Shown: positions 1-12,249, counted from the first letter of the whole stretch. The stretch is 63,404 nt of DNA, filler included, from Reticulomyxa filosa (GCA_000512085.1; 27 parts of 27 records of this genome joined end to end with filler, not necessarily neighbours in it); one strand, 5' to 3'. Notes: a model not told the origin generated them from the letters alone. Program-made: numbers and translations.

Positions 1-187
1 TAGTAACCAAGGGAGATATCATATTTGTATCAACTTTTGTACTATGTGAATTAGTCTTTTTGGAGTTTTGTTCACTACGAGCGTCCTTTTTTGTTCGATT
101 TTTGTAAAAAAAAAAAAAAAACTATAAAATATCATAATTCAAATCGTGATAGTGATATAATTGCTCATCAGCTTTGGTGAGATTAAA

Positions 188-807
188 ATGGATCCAATTA
201 AAGACAGTAAGGCTGTAGATCCCTTCTTAATGTTGGCCTCCTTGCCAGTTCCACTTCACCAAGCTCAATGTGTGGCCTACAAAGACGAAATTCTCATTTG
301 TGGGGGTTTTTTGGGAAAGATTTGCTACTCGTATCATACACGTAAAAACAGATACAAGTATATATGTTCGTACCCAGAAGAAATTAAACTACATGGTCAT
401 TGTGTAGTAAAGCGTATAAACAAGGACGATCCAAATGAGATAACATTGTTATCGTTCGGCGGAGGAATGAGGCATGCATTAATATTGAATTACGAGAGTG
501 TGTGGGATGATGACAAAGATGATGAAATTGATGGCAATAAGATGGAAGAAAAAAATGCCAAAAATGAATGGAGGCCTTTCACAAACGATAAAACGGAGCC
601 AGTCAGTATTGGCAGAAATAAAGATAACTTTTTGGGGTGATTGGAGGGAGCAAGAATCATTTGCTGTTCATTACATATCGACCAAGAAATATTGCTGTGT
701 TTGATTTGAACCAGTTGCAATGTATAAAATATGACACATTGCCATCTGTGAATTCGGCATTCTATCATTGCTTTGTATCAAAAATGGACAATGAGAAAGA
801 TACTTAA
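188..807 (+). pseudogene. Kelch-like beta-propeller family gene, frameshifted and truncated
   Basis: Motifs QCVAYKDEILICGG, CYSYH..KNRYKYICSYP, GHCVVK and ITLLSFGG. After a frameshift near 635 it continues VIGGSKNHLLFITY...AVFDL...FYHCFVSK. Same family as 6272-7603, 39875-40110 and 55226-55560. Confidence 0.75.
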
Positions 808-940
808 AATTTCAATTAAATTATTTTTATAGCTATTGAGTCACATGACCACATCAAAAGTGATATAATCCAATTTTTTTGTAGTAGAATAAATATAACT
901 CTATTTTTTTAGAATATATATTGGGATAAAACAATATAAT

Positions 941-1034
941 GGTTGTGAATTATAAATTCATCAGCGATGCTAGGGATCACCACTTCAACTAACCCAAACA
1001 AATTGAAATTCATTTGAGTTGTAAACCTACAAAA
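941..1034 (-). pseudogene. Degenerate 3' fragment of the U2 snRNA gene
   Basis: Aligns by eye to 18939-19047 (ggatcaccacttca.ctaacccaaacaaat...tgagttgtaaa.ctacaaaa). The stem-loop IV loop is deleted and the 5' half is absent. Confidence 0.8.
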
Positions 1035-1811
1035 AACACGTGATATTATTAATATCGAATTTTTTCAAAGGGTACAATGATAGATATAAAAAAGGCGGAC
1101 AACAAAGTGAGTATAATTCCCTTGATCAATAAACGTACTTGAATTGGGTTATATTGATCCATCAAGAAAGTAAAGAATATTGTAATTTTTATCAATTAAA
1201 ACACAATAAGAAGAGAAAATATGATGTTGGATCAAAAAACGCATTTTACACGTACTATTATGAAAATAATCACAAATTAGACAAATACAAAATAAAAATA
1301 TTTGCGCAAAGAGAATAATTCCAGTTTCTTGATTATTACAACAGAAAGCATTGAACAAGAAATTAATTCGTATTTTAAAGTATGTCCCAAGTACTTATAA
1401 CATTGTTGTATCGATATGACATCAGTACAACTTGCTGGATTCGTTTCACCTATAATATATTTATTGAAATATTTATAAAATTACGTAAATAGCTTTTTCT
1501 TTGGATTGAATTTACAAAATTGATCATAAACAAATTATTTTGTTGTAAGGAATTGACTCTTAGTTCAGTTTATCCTTTTATAAACAAAGTTCAAACATTT
1601 TTTCATCTTGCGTGTCAAAGATTATCTCAAGAGAAAACAAAAAAAAGTTACAAAAATGAACTTAAACTTATCAATCAAAGTTGAGTCCAACTTGTCTTTA
1701 AGTTTTTTTTCTTCATTTTACTTATCGTTGTAACCTGTAATCGAAACAGTCAAAAGAAGAAGAGATCCAAATTATTATTCATCATTGGATTCGAACATTC
1801 AACATTCAATT

Positions 1812-1911
1812 NNNNNNNNNNNNNNNNNNNNNNNNNNNNNNNNNNNNNNNNNNNNTTAATTAATTAANNNNNNNNNNNNNNNNNNNNNNNNNNNNNNNNN
1901 NNNNNNNNNNN
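1812..1911. other. Artificial contig linker (first of 26)
   Basis: 44 N + TTAATTAATTAA (stops in all six frames) + 44 N. It recurs at 3371, 4772, 6123, 7686, 9277, 10926, 12250, 14231, 18569, 20768, 22214, 28401, 32113, 36438, 37567, 39114, 41187, 44733, 46093, 49713, 51564, 52813, 55126, 56991 and 60002. Confidence 0.99.
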
Positions 1912-3370
1912 CTCATTCCAAGATTTATTTCATTCGTGATTTGTTACATGCTGTTAAAAGTATTGAACACATGGAGGAATCCAATAACCAAAAAATATTT
2001 CAGGGTGTCATCCAAACACTATTTGATGAACCGCAACATTTTATTGAATTATCTTTGTGGAAACATTTACTCAAGTTTCAATCTCTGGAAATATTGGTAC
2101 GAAATCAATGGCTGCACATTCTAAAATCTCCCGCTTTCATTGATGTGGTCCGTGTTTATGAAAAGTTATTTGTGGACACTGACTTCAAAATAAATGTACT
2201 TGGGCAAGAAAGTTATGATGCAAATCAAAAAATTGCAGTAGTTTCAAAATTAAAAGTTCGATTGACGAAGCACATGTATTTGTTTTTTGAAAATGCAATA
2301 ATGACCGAAGAGGTGTTAAAAAAGGACAAAACGAGATCGATATGTTACAATATTTGTGAAGATTTATTATATTTCGGAAATAACAGAGAAAAATTTGGTA
2401 ATTCTTGGAAAGAATATGAACATCATTTACATCAATGGTTTTTAAGAGAATGCTATATGTTGAAAGATGTCAATTGGACAAAACAATTCTTCACGCAACA
2501 ATTGATTCGACAGCAATTCCCTATCTTTGCTCACAAGGAAGTGAGCAATGTCTTTTCTCAATTGCAATGGCAACGTAGCAAGGACCAGTTCACACAGTCA
2601 TTTAATGAAACATTTCGAGAAAGGTACAATTATTTCAAAGAGAAATTAACAGCTGGTAATTGCAGTTGTTACAGCGAGGACAAACAAGATATTCCTCCTT
2701 TATTAACCGCTGCACTTTCCATGTCAAGCTCTGTCTCTCAGTTCAAAAAATTACCAGGTTACGTACTAAAACAAACATGCACATATATTGTTTATGTGAT
2801 GGATAATCCAAGAGGTAATAAACCTGTGTTTATGTCATTTGCACAAAATAGAGATATTCACATTTTTACAAAATCTAAATTTCATAAGTTCAAAAGCGGA
2901 GCAAGCATTTGTAAATAAATTGCTGTCAACAAATTCACAGACAATAATGTTTCATTCGTCAAATTTTAAAGATACAACTGATGAAGCCATTGCTCGTCTT
3001 TGTTTTCATTGGTTGGGTACCCTGCAAATCACCAAAAGTTTTTTACTCTTGTTTGTTTGTTTTTATGAAAGACGTAAAACATTGCACTCGAATTGTTTGG
3101 AATATTGTTGCAGGAAACCCATTCAAAGTGTTGTTAACTGATCCCAACAAATTTAAAAAAGTGCGAAAACCAGGTAAGCGGCCTGAAAACAAAACACAAG
3201 AGACAGATTTTGTAATTCGCTATTGCTCAAATGGACATTCCTTTTTTGTAAAGAAATGTCAGAGTTATCACAAAGAAATCAAATGTCCAGATCCTTGGTG
3301 TAATGCATTAATTAAAAAAGTGGATACAACACCAAACACACAAACTGTCATTGAGTATGTGGACACAGCA
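1912..3370 (+). CDS. RNF213-like protein, C-terminal E3 region with RZ-type zinc finger (partial, spliced and/or frameshifted)
   Basis: Long helical ORF, then CFHWLGTLQ...NPFKVLLTDP, then YCSNGHSFFVKKCQSYHKEIKCPDPWC, which matches the RZ finger pattern CxxxH-x6-C-x8-C. Confidence 0.6.
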
Positions 3371-4871
3371 NNNNNNNNNNNNNNNNNNNNNNNNNNNNNN
3401 NNNNNNNNNNNNNNTTAATTAATTAANNNNNNNNNNNNNNNNNNNNNNNNNNNNNNNNNNNNNNNNNNNNAATTAAATAATGAGGTTTTAATGTGGTAGT
3501 ACTAAAAACATAAGCATGTCACAGTGTTCTTATGCAGAAAGAATCTGATATGCCAACCTGACTGGGGTGTTATGCGTTCTGTATCTGGCGAATACGCATC
3601 TTTTTTCCAAATTTTTCTTTTGATATTATTACTTAACAAAAATTCTTTTGCAATTTTATGAATTATCAGTAATTTTTTTTTGGGATGGAAAAAAAAAACA
3701 TATGTACATAAAGCATAGTACTTCAGCTATCAGAGCAGTCCTTCAAGAGCGACAACAAACAAAAAATGTCAAGAAAATTGCAAAAAGGAACAAATGGTGC
3801 AACGGAGAAGAAGATTATTGTGCTGCTAGACGACGTGGTTGCTTTAAGTAAACCTAAAAGTAAAAATGAATTAGCACCACCAGCGAACAAATGAAAAATC
3901 AATTAAGGAAAGGAAAGGCAAAACCAAAAAGTTAAACTGTTCAGAAGTTGACTTTTTTGTCAATGATATAGTTTTTATTATTCAATACTCTTAACCCTTT
4001 TTTTTGTAAATCAAAAAAGATATATTTATTAAACTACTTTTGTCAAATGAAGTATTCACATTATGAAAAACTAGCCAATTAAATTTGTATACTTGCAAAA
4101 TTTTCAAAAAATATTTTTTTGATAGACTGTTCAAATGAATTTTTAGTATAACGACTGTCTCTTACTAGGTCGCGTAGTGTAATTGGAAGAATTTTGGAAG
4201 ACGAAGATTTATACAGAAGTAAAGTGTTTCACATTATTGCTTTTTATATCTGATATGTGTATTTGTCAATAAAAATAATTGACTTTACATACCACAGTTA
4301 TGCCTTTTGTATTATATGATTAAATATTCATGTGATTTTTTTTAGAAATGAAAAGTAAAACTTTGGATTAATTTTGTTTTGATTTTTTTATGTGGAAACG
4401 ATTGCTTTTTTTTTCAAAACATTGGGAATTAATCGTTATTTTATACGAGTAGAAAGTGTATAATTATATGATTTTTAAACTTGCTACCTACTGCAGCGCT
4501 ATTTGCAAAGGTTAAAGATAATTTTGAAGGGAGAAGAGTAAAAAAAGCTTATTTTTATTCTTTATTTTTTTTCGATTTTTTTTGCTAGCTAATGTAAGTG
4601 ATTATTTGAAATGATACAGTATTGCAAAAAAAATGACGGTTTATTTTTTAAAAAATTGTGGGTCATTTTTTATTTTTTTTGAACCTGTTTCCAAAAAATA
4701 AAGCAGTTTTAATTTGACAAAGGGGGGACGTGGTTCCATTTTTTAAATTTTTTTATTTGTAATTGTCGTAGNNNNNNNNNNNNNNNNNNNNNNNNNNNNN
4801 NNNNNNNNNNNNNNNTTAATTAATTAANNNNNNNNNNNNNNNNNNNNNNNNNNNNNNNNNNNNNNNNNNNN

Positions 4872-5005
4872 GCAGCCGGCGCTTCAGCCAGGCGATCAGG
4901 CGCCATTGCCGCCACGGCCTGGCCGAGCATGCCGTACTTTTCGGCGGGAAAGCGGTGGCCGGCAGGCAAGGGCAGGGCGAACTGGTCGGTGCGGAAGATC
5001 AGCAC
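4872..5005 (-). CDS. Bacterial histone deacetylase-family protein, N-terminal fragment
   Basis: LPLPAGHRFPAEKY is the typical N-terminus of bacterial HDAC11-like deacylases. The GTG start overlaps the stop of the upstream gene, and the contig is high GC. Confidence 0.85.
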
Positions 5006-5226
5006 GCGGCCTCCAGCAGGGCAAAGCGCGGCTGGGCGATGCCATCAATGATGACCGTTTCGCAGAACATGGCGAGCGGGCGCACCCACAGCCCCTGTTC
5101 GCCGTACAACGGGCGGTACAGCGCCATCCACTCGCCGCTTTCGCTGTGACGCGCCACGTCGATCAGTTGGTATTCATTGCCCTTGTAGTGCCGGTAACGG
5201 CCGGGGGTGATACTGGGCGGTGTCAT
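4999..5226 (-). CDS. DUF1653 domain protein (75 aa), bacterial
   Basis: PGRYRHYKGNEY...ARHSE...YRPLYG...LWVRP..MF.E...PRF signature. AGGAG Shine-Dalgarno upstream of the ATG at 5226. Confidence 0.92.
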   Translation of the reverse strand: MTPPSITPGRYRHYKGNEYQLIDVARHSESGEWMALYRPLYGEQGLWVRPLAMFCETVIIDGIAQPRFALLEAAC

Positions 5227-5276
5227 GCCGGTTCTCCTGATGAAAGGCTGCGCATTGTGCCGTGTGGCCGTCGGCT

Positions 5277-5792
5277 TCACAAATCTGCTGGCCGCTGCCA
5301 GGCCATGGTGAGGAAGACTTCGTCGCGGACAAACCCCAGCCGGCGGTACAAAGCCTGCGCCGGCAGGTTGTCGTGGGCGGTTTCCAGCCATAGCGTGGCA
5401 CCTGGTGGCAGCGCGTACTGGATGCTTTGCAGCAGCCGGGCAGCCACGCCATGGCGACGCCATGCCGGCGCAACGTACAGATCGTGCAGCAGGTCGTTAC
5501 GCTGCAGCGTCAGCGTGGAGTGGCCGTGATAGCACAGCGCAAAGGCAATCACGTCGCCATGGTGCAGTGCCAGCCACAAGCTGGCTTCCGACTGCTGCAG
5601 GCGCGCGTGCAGGTAAGGTTGCAGCGTGGCCGTGTCGCTCTCCAGACCGTAAAAGCGGCGATAGGCCACCAGCAGTGGCAGCATGGCGTCGATGTCGGCC
5701 ACGCTGCCCTGGCGCAGCAAGATTTCGTGGGGCGTGGTGCCGTCTGGCGGGCTTGTATACAATGCGCTGCTCCCTTGTTGTGGTGAAATCAT
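5277..5792 (-). CDS. GNAT-family N-acetyltransferase, bacterial (start uncertain)
   Basis: [21 protein letters not shown] (acetyl-CoA motif A), [19 protein letters not shown]. Confidence 0.88.
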   Translation of the reverse strand: MISPQQGSSALYTSPPDGTTPHEILLRQGSVADIDAMLPLLVAYRRFYGLESDTATLQPYLHARLQQSEASLWLALHHGDVIAFALCYHGHSTLTLQRNDLLHDLYVAPAWRRHGVAARLLQSIQYALPPGATLWLETAHDNLPAQALYRRLGFVRDEVFLTMAWQRPADL

Positions 5793-6122
5793 GAAAATTG
5801 TACTGGCCCCGATGGAAGGCCTGGTCGATGACGTCATGCGTGACGTCTTGACGCGTGTTGGTGGTATCGATCTGTGCGTGACCGAGTTTGTCCGCGTCAC
5901 CAATTCGCTGCTGCCGGTGCGCACCTTCGAACGGCTGGCACCCGAGCTGGCTCATGCTTCGGCTACCCGCTGCGGCGTGCCGGTACGGGTGCAGCTACTG
6001 GGTTCGGAACCTGGCTGGTTGGCCGAGAACGCCATACGCGCTGCCGAACTGGGTGCTGCCGGTGTGGATCTGAATTTCGGCTGCCCGGCGCCGACTGTCA
6101 ATCGCCACCGCGGCGGTGCCGT
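5791..6122 (+). CDS. dusC: tRNA-dihydrouridine synthase C, 5' part
   Basis: [56 protein letters not shown]. Confidence 0.9.
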
Positions 6123-6222
6123 NNNNNNNNNNNNNNNNNNNNNNNNNNNNNNNNNNNNNNNNNNNNTTAATTAATTAANNNNNNNNNNNNNNNNNNNNNN
6201 NNNNNNNNNNNNNNNNNNNNNN

Positions 6223-6259
<37 letters not shown>

Positions 6260-6271
6260 TAAAAATAAAAC

Positions 6272-7603
6272 TTTTTCATATGTATGATAGGTAATATACG
6301 AATCAATTACATCACAAATTACAAATAGATTTTCTTTTTTCAAATAATTTTTCCATTGATTATTCTTTAATAACCATTTTTCGAAATCACTACGATCCAA
6401 TGTTTTGAATTGATCCATAATTTCTTGTTTCTCTTTTTCATTTCTTTCTTTCCACCATGTCATCCATTTTTTCTTTTCTTCTTTAGTTATCAATTTCTTA
6501 ACAGCTCTTTCGTCCTCGTTTTTTCTTTCTTCTTCAACTTCTCCCTTCTTTATTTTTATTTCTTCTTTCTCATTTCTTTCTTTTTCTTCTTTATTCATCC
6601 AATCTTCCACTTTTGTCTTTCTATGTATTGGCAATACAATATTATTCTTATCATCATATCCACCAATAATATGTATCCATTTGTTATTTCCACTCAAGAT
6701 TGCAACACTTCCACGCGTTCTAATGGGTAAAGTGTGTTCAAATTTCATCCATTTTTTTTCTTTTATTGAGTACTTGTACACTGTTTTTATAAAAACATTT
6801 CCAAATTCTCCAAAAAACAAGATACAATCGTTGACATATACGTAGGTATATGTATTGAATGGTGCAATATCATTACAAACAGTTAAGTTTTTAAATGCAA
6901 GTTCATTTTTATCTTCATCATATTTTATCGATAGCCCCATCTTTTCACAAAATAACACCATTTCATGGATTTTATTTGACAATCTGTTCTCTGTTCTTAA
7001 TACAAAGCAATCATTACCATTAATCAGTAAATTGCTATGATTGATATATTTACATGTGTTCAAATCAAACACATCGATATTACATAAATAAGTAATGAAC
7101 AACAAATGATTATTACTTCCACCGATCAATGCACGCACTCCGTCTTCTTTGTATTCCAATGTTAACAGGGGTTTTGTATTGTCAGTGAATTGAATCCATT
7201 GGTTACGATAGCTATCTTTTTTAAAATCTTTTTCTTCCCAAACACTCACATATTTCATTATTAAGGTATGAGCATATCTTTGCGCATATCCGTAAGAAGC
7301 CAAAATTTTAGACATTTTACTTTCTCTACCAAAAGATAACAAAGTAATATCATTTGGATTATTATTGTTTACAATCTTCATTACATTGTGCTCTCCTAGG
7401 TTAATATTGTCTGGATAAGAACAAATGAGTTTGTATTCTTGTTTTATTGTATGATATGAATAACAATCATTTGCACAAATGAGAATTTCATCTTTGTAGA
7501 CGACACATTGAGGACTAAAAAATGAAATAGGTAAATCAGATAAAGTAAGAAAGGAGATATCCTTGTTAGCCGAAAGTATTAGTTCTGCTTCAGTTTCACT
7601 TGT
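6272..7603 (-). CDS. Kelch-like beta-propeller protein with charged C-terminal region (internal exon)
   Basis: Open frame between a putative AG acceptor and GT donor. Motifs QCVVYKDEILIC, ITLLSFG, HTLIMKYVSVW, GVRALIGGSNNHLLFITY, YKYSIKEKKW, IHIIGGYD. Confidence 0.8.
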
Positions 7604-7653
7604 CTTTGATTATGTTGATATTTTTTTTTTTTTTTTTTTTTTTTTTTATTTTT

Positions 7654-7685
<32 letters not shown>

Positions 7686-8629
7686 NNNNNNNNNNNNNNN
7701 NNNNNNNNNNNNNNNNNNNNNNNNNNNNNTTAATTAATTAANNNNNNNNNNNNNNNNNNNNNNNNNNNNNNNNNNNNNNNNNNNNGGATAAAAAGTAATT
7801 AATCATTTTTTTTTTTTTAAAAAAAAAAAAGACATAGCGCAAGTGCGTAGCCCTTCAAGAGATATACAGCACATCTCTGGATAAAAAGTGGAGAAAATGA
7901 GCAATGATAATATTCTGCGAGACATTTTCTCACAAAGATGTGAAGGCAAAAAAAAAAAACGACACAACCACGAATAAAAGCAAGAACTAAAGTAAAGAGT
8001 CGAAGTAGAAGTACAGAACCAAGATGTGGGACATTCTGTTCGAAATAATGGCAAACAAAATTCAATTGGATCAACTGATAGTCAAGACAATCAAGTACGG
8101 AAAAAAGGAAGAGGGCATTCGGGCAAATATGCAAATGGACATGAAGAAAAACAGCGCACATTGTCACATCAACAAAAAGATAACTGTTCCATTTTATCAC
8201 CAACTAAATCACGACGGTATTTTTTGTTCATCTCTTTAATAAACGACGTACGTATACAATTCTTTTTTTTTTTTAAAAATGTAAAACTTGTATCTGTGCG
8301 GTTGATGTGATGTAAACAAAATGGATGGAACAGACACTTGTCTGAGACCTTGCAAGACAGAACTGGTAGTCTTGATCACCGATTACAAAAGCGAGGGCAA
8401 ATTGCGACGTGTAATGAATATGGATCAAACATCCATGAAGCAGAGACCTAAGCCAATTGACGATAGTGGTGCCCGCACAAAACGATCGATAGTTGCAAGT
8501 AATGATGATGATAATATGAATGGTCTGTCAAGCACTTATAAAAGTGATTAGAGACTCTTGCATTGAAAAAACGTTTACTATTTTCATCATTTGACAAAAT
8601 AGTTATTGTACAAATGGCCTCACCCATAG

Positions 8630-9140
8630 CAAATACGAACACAAACACAAAGAATTAAGGTTATCATACTATCGAAGCGCAAACGAAACTGGATCATACA
8701 AAGACAAACGCAAACACAAAGAATTGAAGTCATCATAATCTCGAAGCGCAAATGAAACTGGGCCAAACAAAGACAAAGAACCGAAGATGTCATACTCTCG
8801 AAGCGCGAATGAAATCAGACCAGATATATTGACAAGTATAGTATATATATATATATATATGTATATATTGTACAGAAAAAGGTGACAACATCAACACAAA
8901 AACAATAACAAAGACAGTGACATTAACATTGGTGACAAAGACGACGACAACAATGACAAAGGTAGTGACATTGACATTGGTGGCAAAGACAATGACAATA
9001 CGAGCATGATGGAGAATACAAAAACGAAGAAGGATATGAACACGAGGACGAATACAAAAATGAAGATGTATATGAACACGTTGACAAATACAAAAACGAA
9101 GAAGGATATGAGCAAGTGGATAAATACAAAAACGAAGAAT
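8630..9140 (+). repeat. Two degenerate minisatellite arrays in a low-complexity region
   Basis: Three copies of a tcgaagcgc.aa.gaaac.gg..ca unit at 8670-8820. Four copies of an approximately 36-bp aatacaaaaa(c/t)gaaga unit at 9015-9140. Confidence 0.6.
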
Positions 9141-9208
9141 GAATTCAGGTATGTATTGTAAAAAAAGATTATATATTTAAGTGTTTTTGAGTGTTGAGTT
9201 ATGCGTGA

Positions 9209-9276
9209 TACTTGAGTTACTTGTGGCACTTGAGTTACTTGTGGCACTTGAGTTATGTGTGACACTTTAGTTACGC
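9209..9276. repeat. 18-bp tandem repeat (acttgagttacttgtggc)
   Basis: Two exact and about two degenerate contiguous copies, with no spacers. Confidence 0.8.
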
Positions 9277-9376
9277 NNNNNNNNNNNNNNNNNNNNNNNN
9301 NNNNNNNNNNNNNNNNNNNNTTAATTAATTAANNNNNNNNNNNNNNNNNNNNNNNNNNNNNNNNNNNNNNNNNNNN

Positions 9377-10925
9377 GAACTAAGGTAGTATCATATTCAA
9401 GTGATAAAACTATTCGAATAGGGGACATAGCATCAAGTAACCAACTTTGTGTATTGAAAGGACATTCAGATGGTATAGATGGAGTACAGTTTTCACATGA
9501 TGGATCTAAAATTGTTTCATCCTCACGAGATAAAACATTAGAATATGGGATGTATTATCAGGTCAACAAATTCAAATTTTAGAAGGACATGAATACACTG
9601 TAACTGCTGCACAGTTTTCATTAGATTGTTCTAAGATTGTGTCAAGTTCATTGGACAACACTATTAGAATATGGGATGTGTCATCTGGAGAACAAGTTAA
9701 TTTATTATATGGACATTTAGGTCCTGTGAATACAGTGCAATTTTCACCAGATTATTCCAAAATTATATCATGCTCCAACGATCGAAGCATACGGATATGG
9801 GATGCATCATCTGGAACACAGCTTCAATTATTACAAGGACATTTAAATGGTGTAGTTGGGATACACTTTACACCCAACGGATTAAATATTATATCATATT
9901 CAAATGATGCAACTATTCGCATATGGGATGTAGTATCAGGTCAACAAATCCAAATATTGGAAGGACATACTGAAAATATAAATGGAATCCAATTTTCACC
10001 AGATGGTTCAAAAATATTGTCATATTCAGGTGATAATACTCTTCGATTATGGGATCTGTTGTCTGGAAAACAACTTCAAGTGTTAGAAGGGCATATTACT
10101 CGAGTAACGATAGCACGATTTTCATCTGATGGTTCTAAAATTGTATCAGGTTCGGCTGATAATACAATCCGACTATGGGACGTGTCATCTGGAAAACAAA
10201 TTCAAGTATTAGAAGGGCATTCAAGTGTAATAACTGGTGTAGAATTTTTTTCAAATGACCACAAAATTTTGTCATCCTCACGTGATAACACTATTCGTGT
10301 ATGGGATATAGTTTTAGAAAAAAAAATTCAGTTAACAGGAGGAGATTTGGGTATCATAATGGACGTAAAATTTTCTCCTGATGGTTCTAAAATTGTGTCA
10401 CGTTCTAACGATAGAACTATTCGATTATGGGATGTAGAATCAGGAAGACAAATTCAAATATTTGAAGGCCATTCGAGTTTTGTGCGTGGAGTGTTATTTT
10501 CATTAGATGGCTCCAAAGTCGTGTCATATTTAGGTGATGGTACAATTCGGATATGGGATATACTATCAGGAAAACAGACCCAACTATTAAGAGGACATTA
10601 TGGTACGGTGACTTGTGCACAATTTTTTTCAGATAATTCCAAGCTTGTATCAGGCTCAAGTGATAATACAATTATAATATGGGATATATCATCAGGAAGG
10701 CAGGACCAATTATTGGAAGGACATTCTAATAGTGTAAATAGAGTAAAAATTTCGCCGGATGGATCTAAAATTGTATCATGCTCAGATGATAACACAATTC
10801 GAGTATGGGATGTTTCATCTGGAGGACAACTTTTATTATTAGGAGGTCATACAGATTATATAAATCGTGTACGCTTTTCTCCAGATGGTACTAAAATCAT
10901 ATCATGTTCAAATGATAAAACGATT
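9377..10925 (+). CDS. Highly repetitive WD40 protein (about 12 tandem 42-aa repeats), partial, one frameshift near 9540
   Basis: Repeated GH..V....FSPDGSKIVS.S.D.TIRIWDV.SG.Q unit. Confidence 0.93.
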
Positions 10926-11025
10926 NNNNNNNNNNNNNNNNNNNNNNNNNNNNNNNNNNNNNNNNNNNNTTAATTAATTAANNNNNNNNNNNNNNNNNNN
11001 NNNNNNNNNNNNNNNNNNNNNNNNN

Positions 11026-11059
<34 letters not shown>

Positions 11060-11060
<1 letters not shown>

Positions 11061-11824
11061 TGAATAATTATAATGATAATGATAATGATATTATGGGACA
11101 AAATGTAGGTGAACCTGGAAGTTATACAAAAAAAGAAATAGTACATATATTTTTAGGTCCAGAAGAACGTAGAATACAAGATACATTACATGAATATTAT
11201 AATAATTGTTATACAAATTTACATTATTGGATTACATATTTAAAATTATTTAATCAACAATGTAATAATTGTTCTAAAGATATTGAAAATATATTTGATA
11301 AAATTAGTAAACAATTATCTAATTATTGTTATAATTTAATACAAGAATTAAATGATATTAAACATCAACAATTATTAAATATTGAAAGTGATTTAACAAA
11401 ATTGCGATGTTACGTTTTATATTTTAAAAAAAAAAAATAATAATAATAATGTATATATCACATATATCACATATATCACATATATAGTAATTCGATCCAA
11501 TATGAATCAATGTAAAATTGAATTCAAAACAATAGCATCTAATTCAAATTATACATCACAACAACGATTAATTGCATTAAATAAATTATTACAAGTAATT
11601 CCAGATGATTTTGATTCATTAAAAGTAATAGATAATAAAGAAATGGAACCAACTATTGAATTTTATAGTGATCTAGAAAAAATTATGCAAATAATAACAA
11701 AACAATGTATAAAAATTGAAATTTATGATGAAGATATATTAAAATTAATTAATATAAAAAATGATAATAAAGATATTAATAATAATAATAATATAGATAA
11801 TTCTATAATTGCATTAATATTACA

Positions 11825-11881
<57 letters not shown>

Positions 11882-12249
11882 ATTAAATTGGATTATTCAT
11901 TTTGATAAAAATAAAACAAAATGTATTATTATTCCAAAAATTAAAAAAAAAAATGAAAATTGGTTACAATCATCTGTATCAAAAGCAGTTAAACATTGGA
12001 AAGAAGAAAAAAAAGAAATAATTGATGATAATAAACCTCTTCATATATGGCCTACAATTTTACCAGTTATTAATGGTGTTCATTGTTGGAGAATACATGT
12101 TTGTTTTATTTTATTTTAATTTTAATTTTTAAAATAAATAAATAAATATATATATATATATATTTTTTTTTTTAATTTAGATAAATCGTTCCACTATTAT
12201 TGATACAGATTCAACACAAATTGAAATTGGTATTTGTAATAATACAACA
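11060..12249 (+). CDS. Coiled-coil plus B30.2/SPRY-like protein (TRIM-like C-terminus), spliced, partial
   Basis: Helical segment, poly-Asn, then GVHCWRIH|INRS...IEIGIC across a GT...AG intron at about 12099-12180. This resembles the SPRY G.HYWEV...IGV pattern. Confidence 0.5.

Noticed and set aside
941-1034. U2 fragment as the target-site scar of a U2-specific (Utopia-like) retrotransposon
   Set aside because: The break lies in stem III, not near the 5' region those elements target, and no RT sequence is adjacent.
4906-5955. Long overlapping alternative ORFs in the bacterial contig
   Set aside because: High-GC shadow frames of DUF1653, GNAT and dusC.
9209-9276. 18-bp repeats as CRISPR or telomeric repeats
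   Set aside because: Contiguous with no spacers and no G-rich telomere-like unit.
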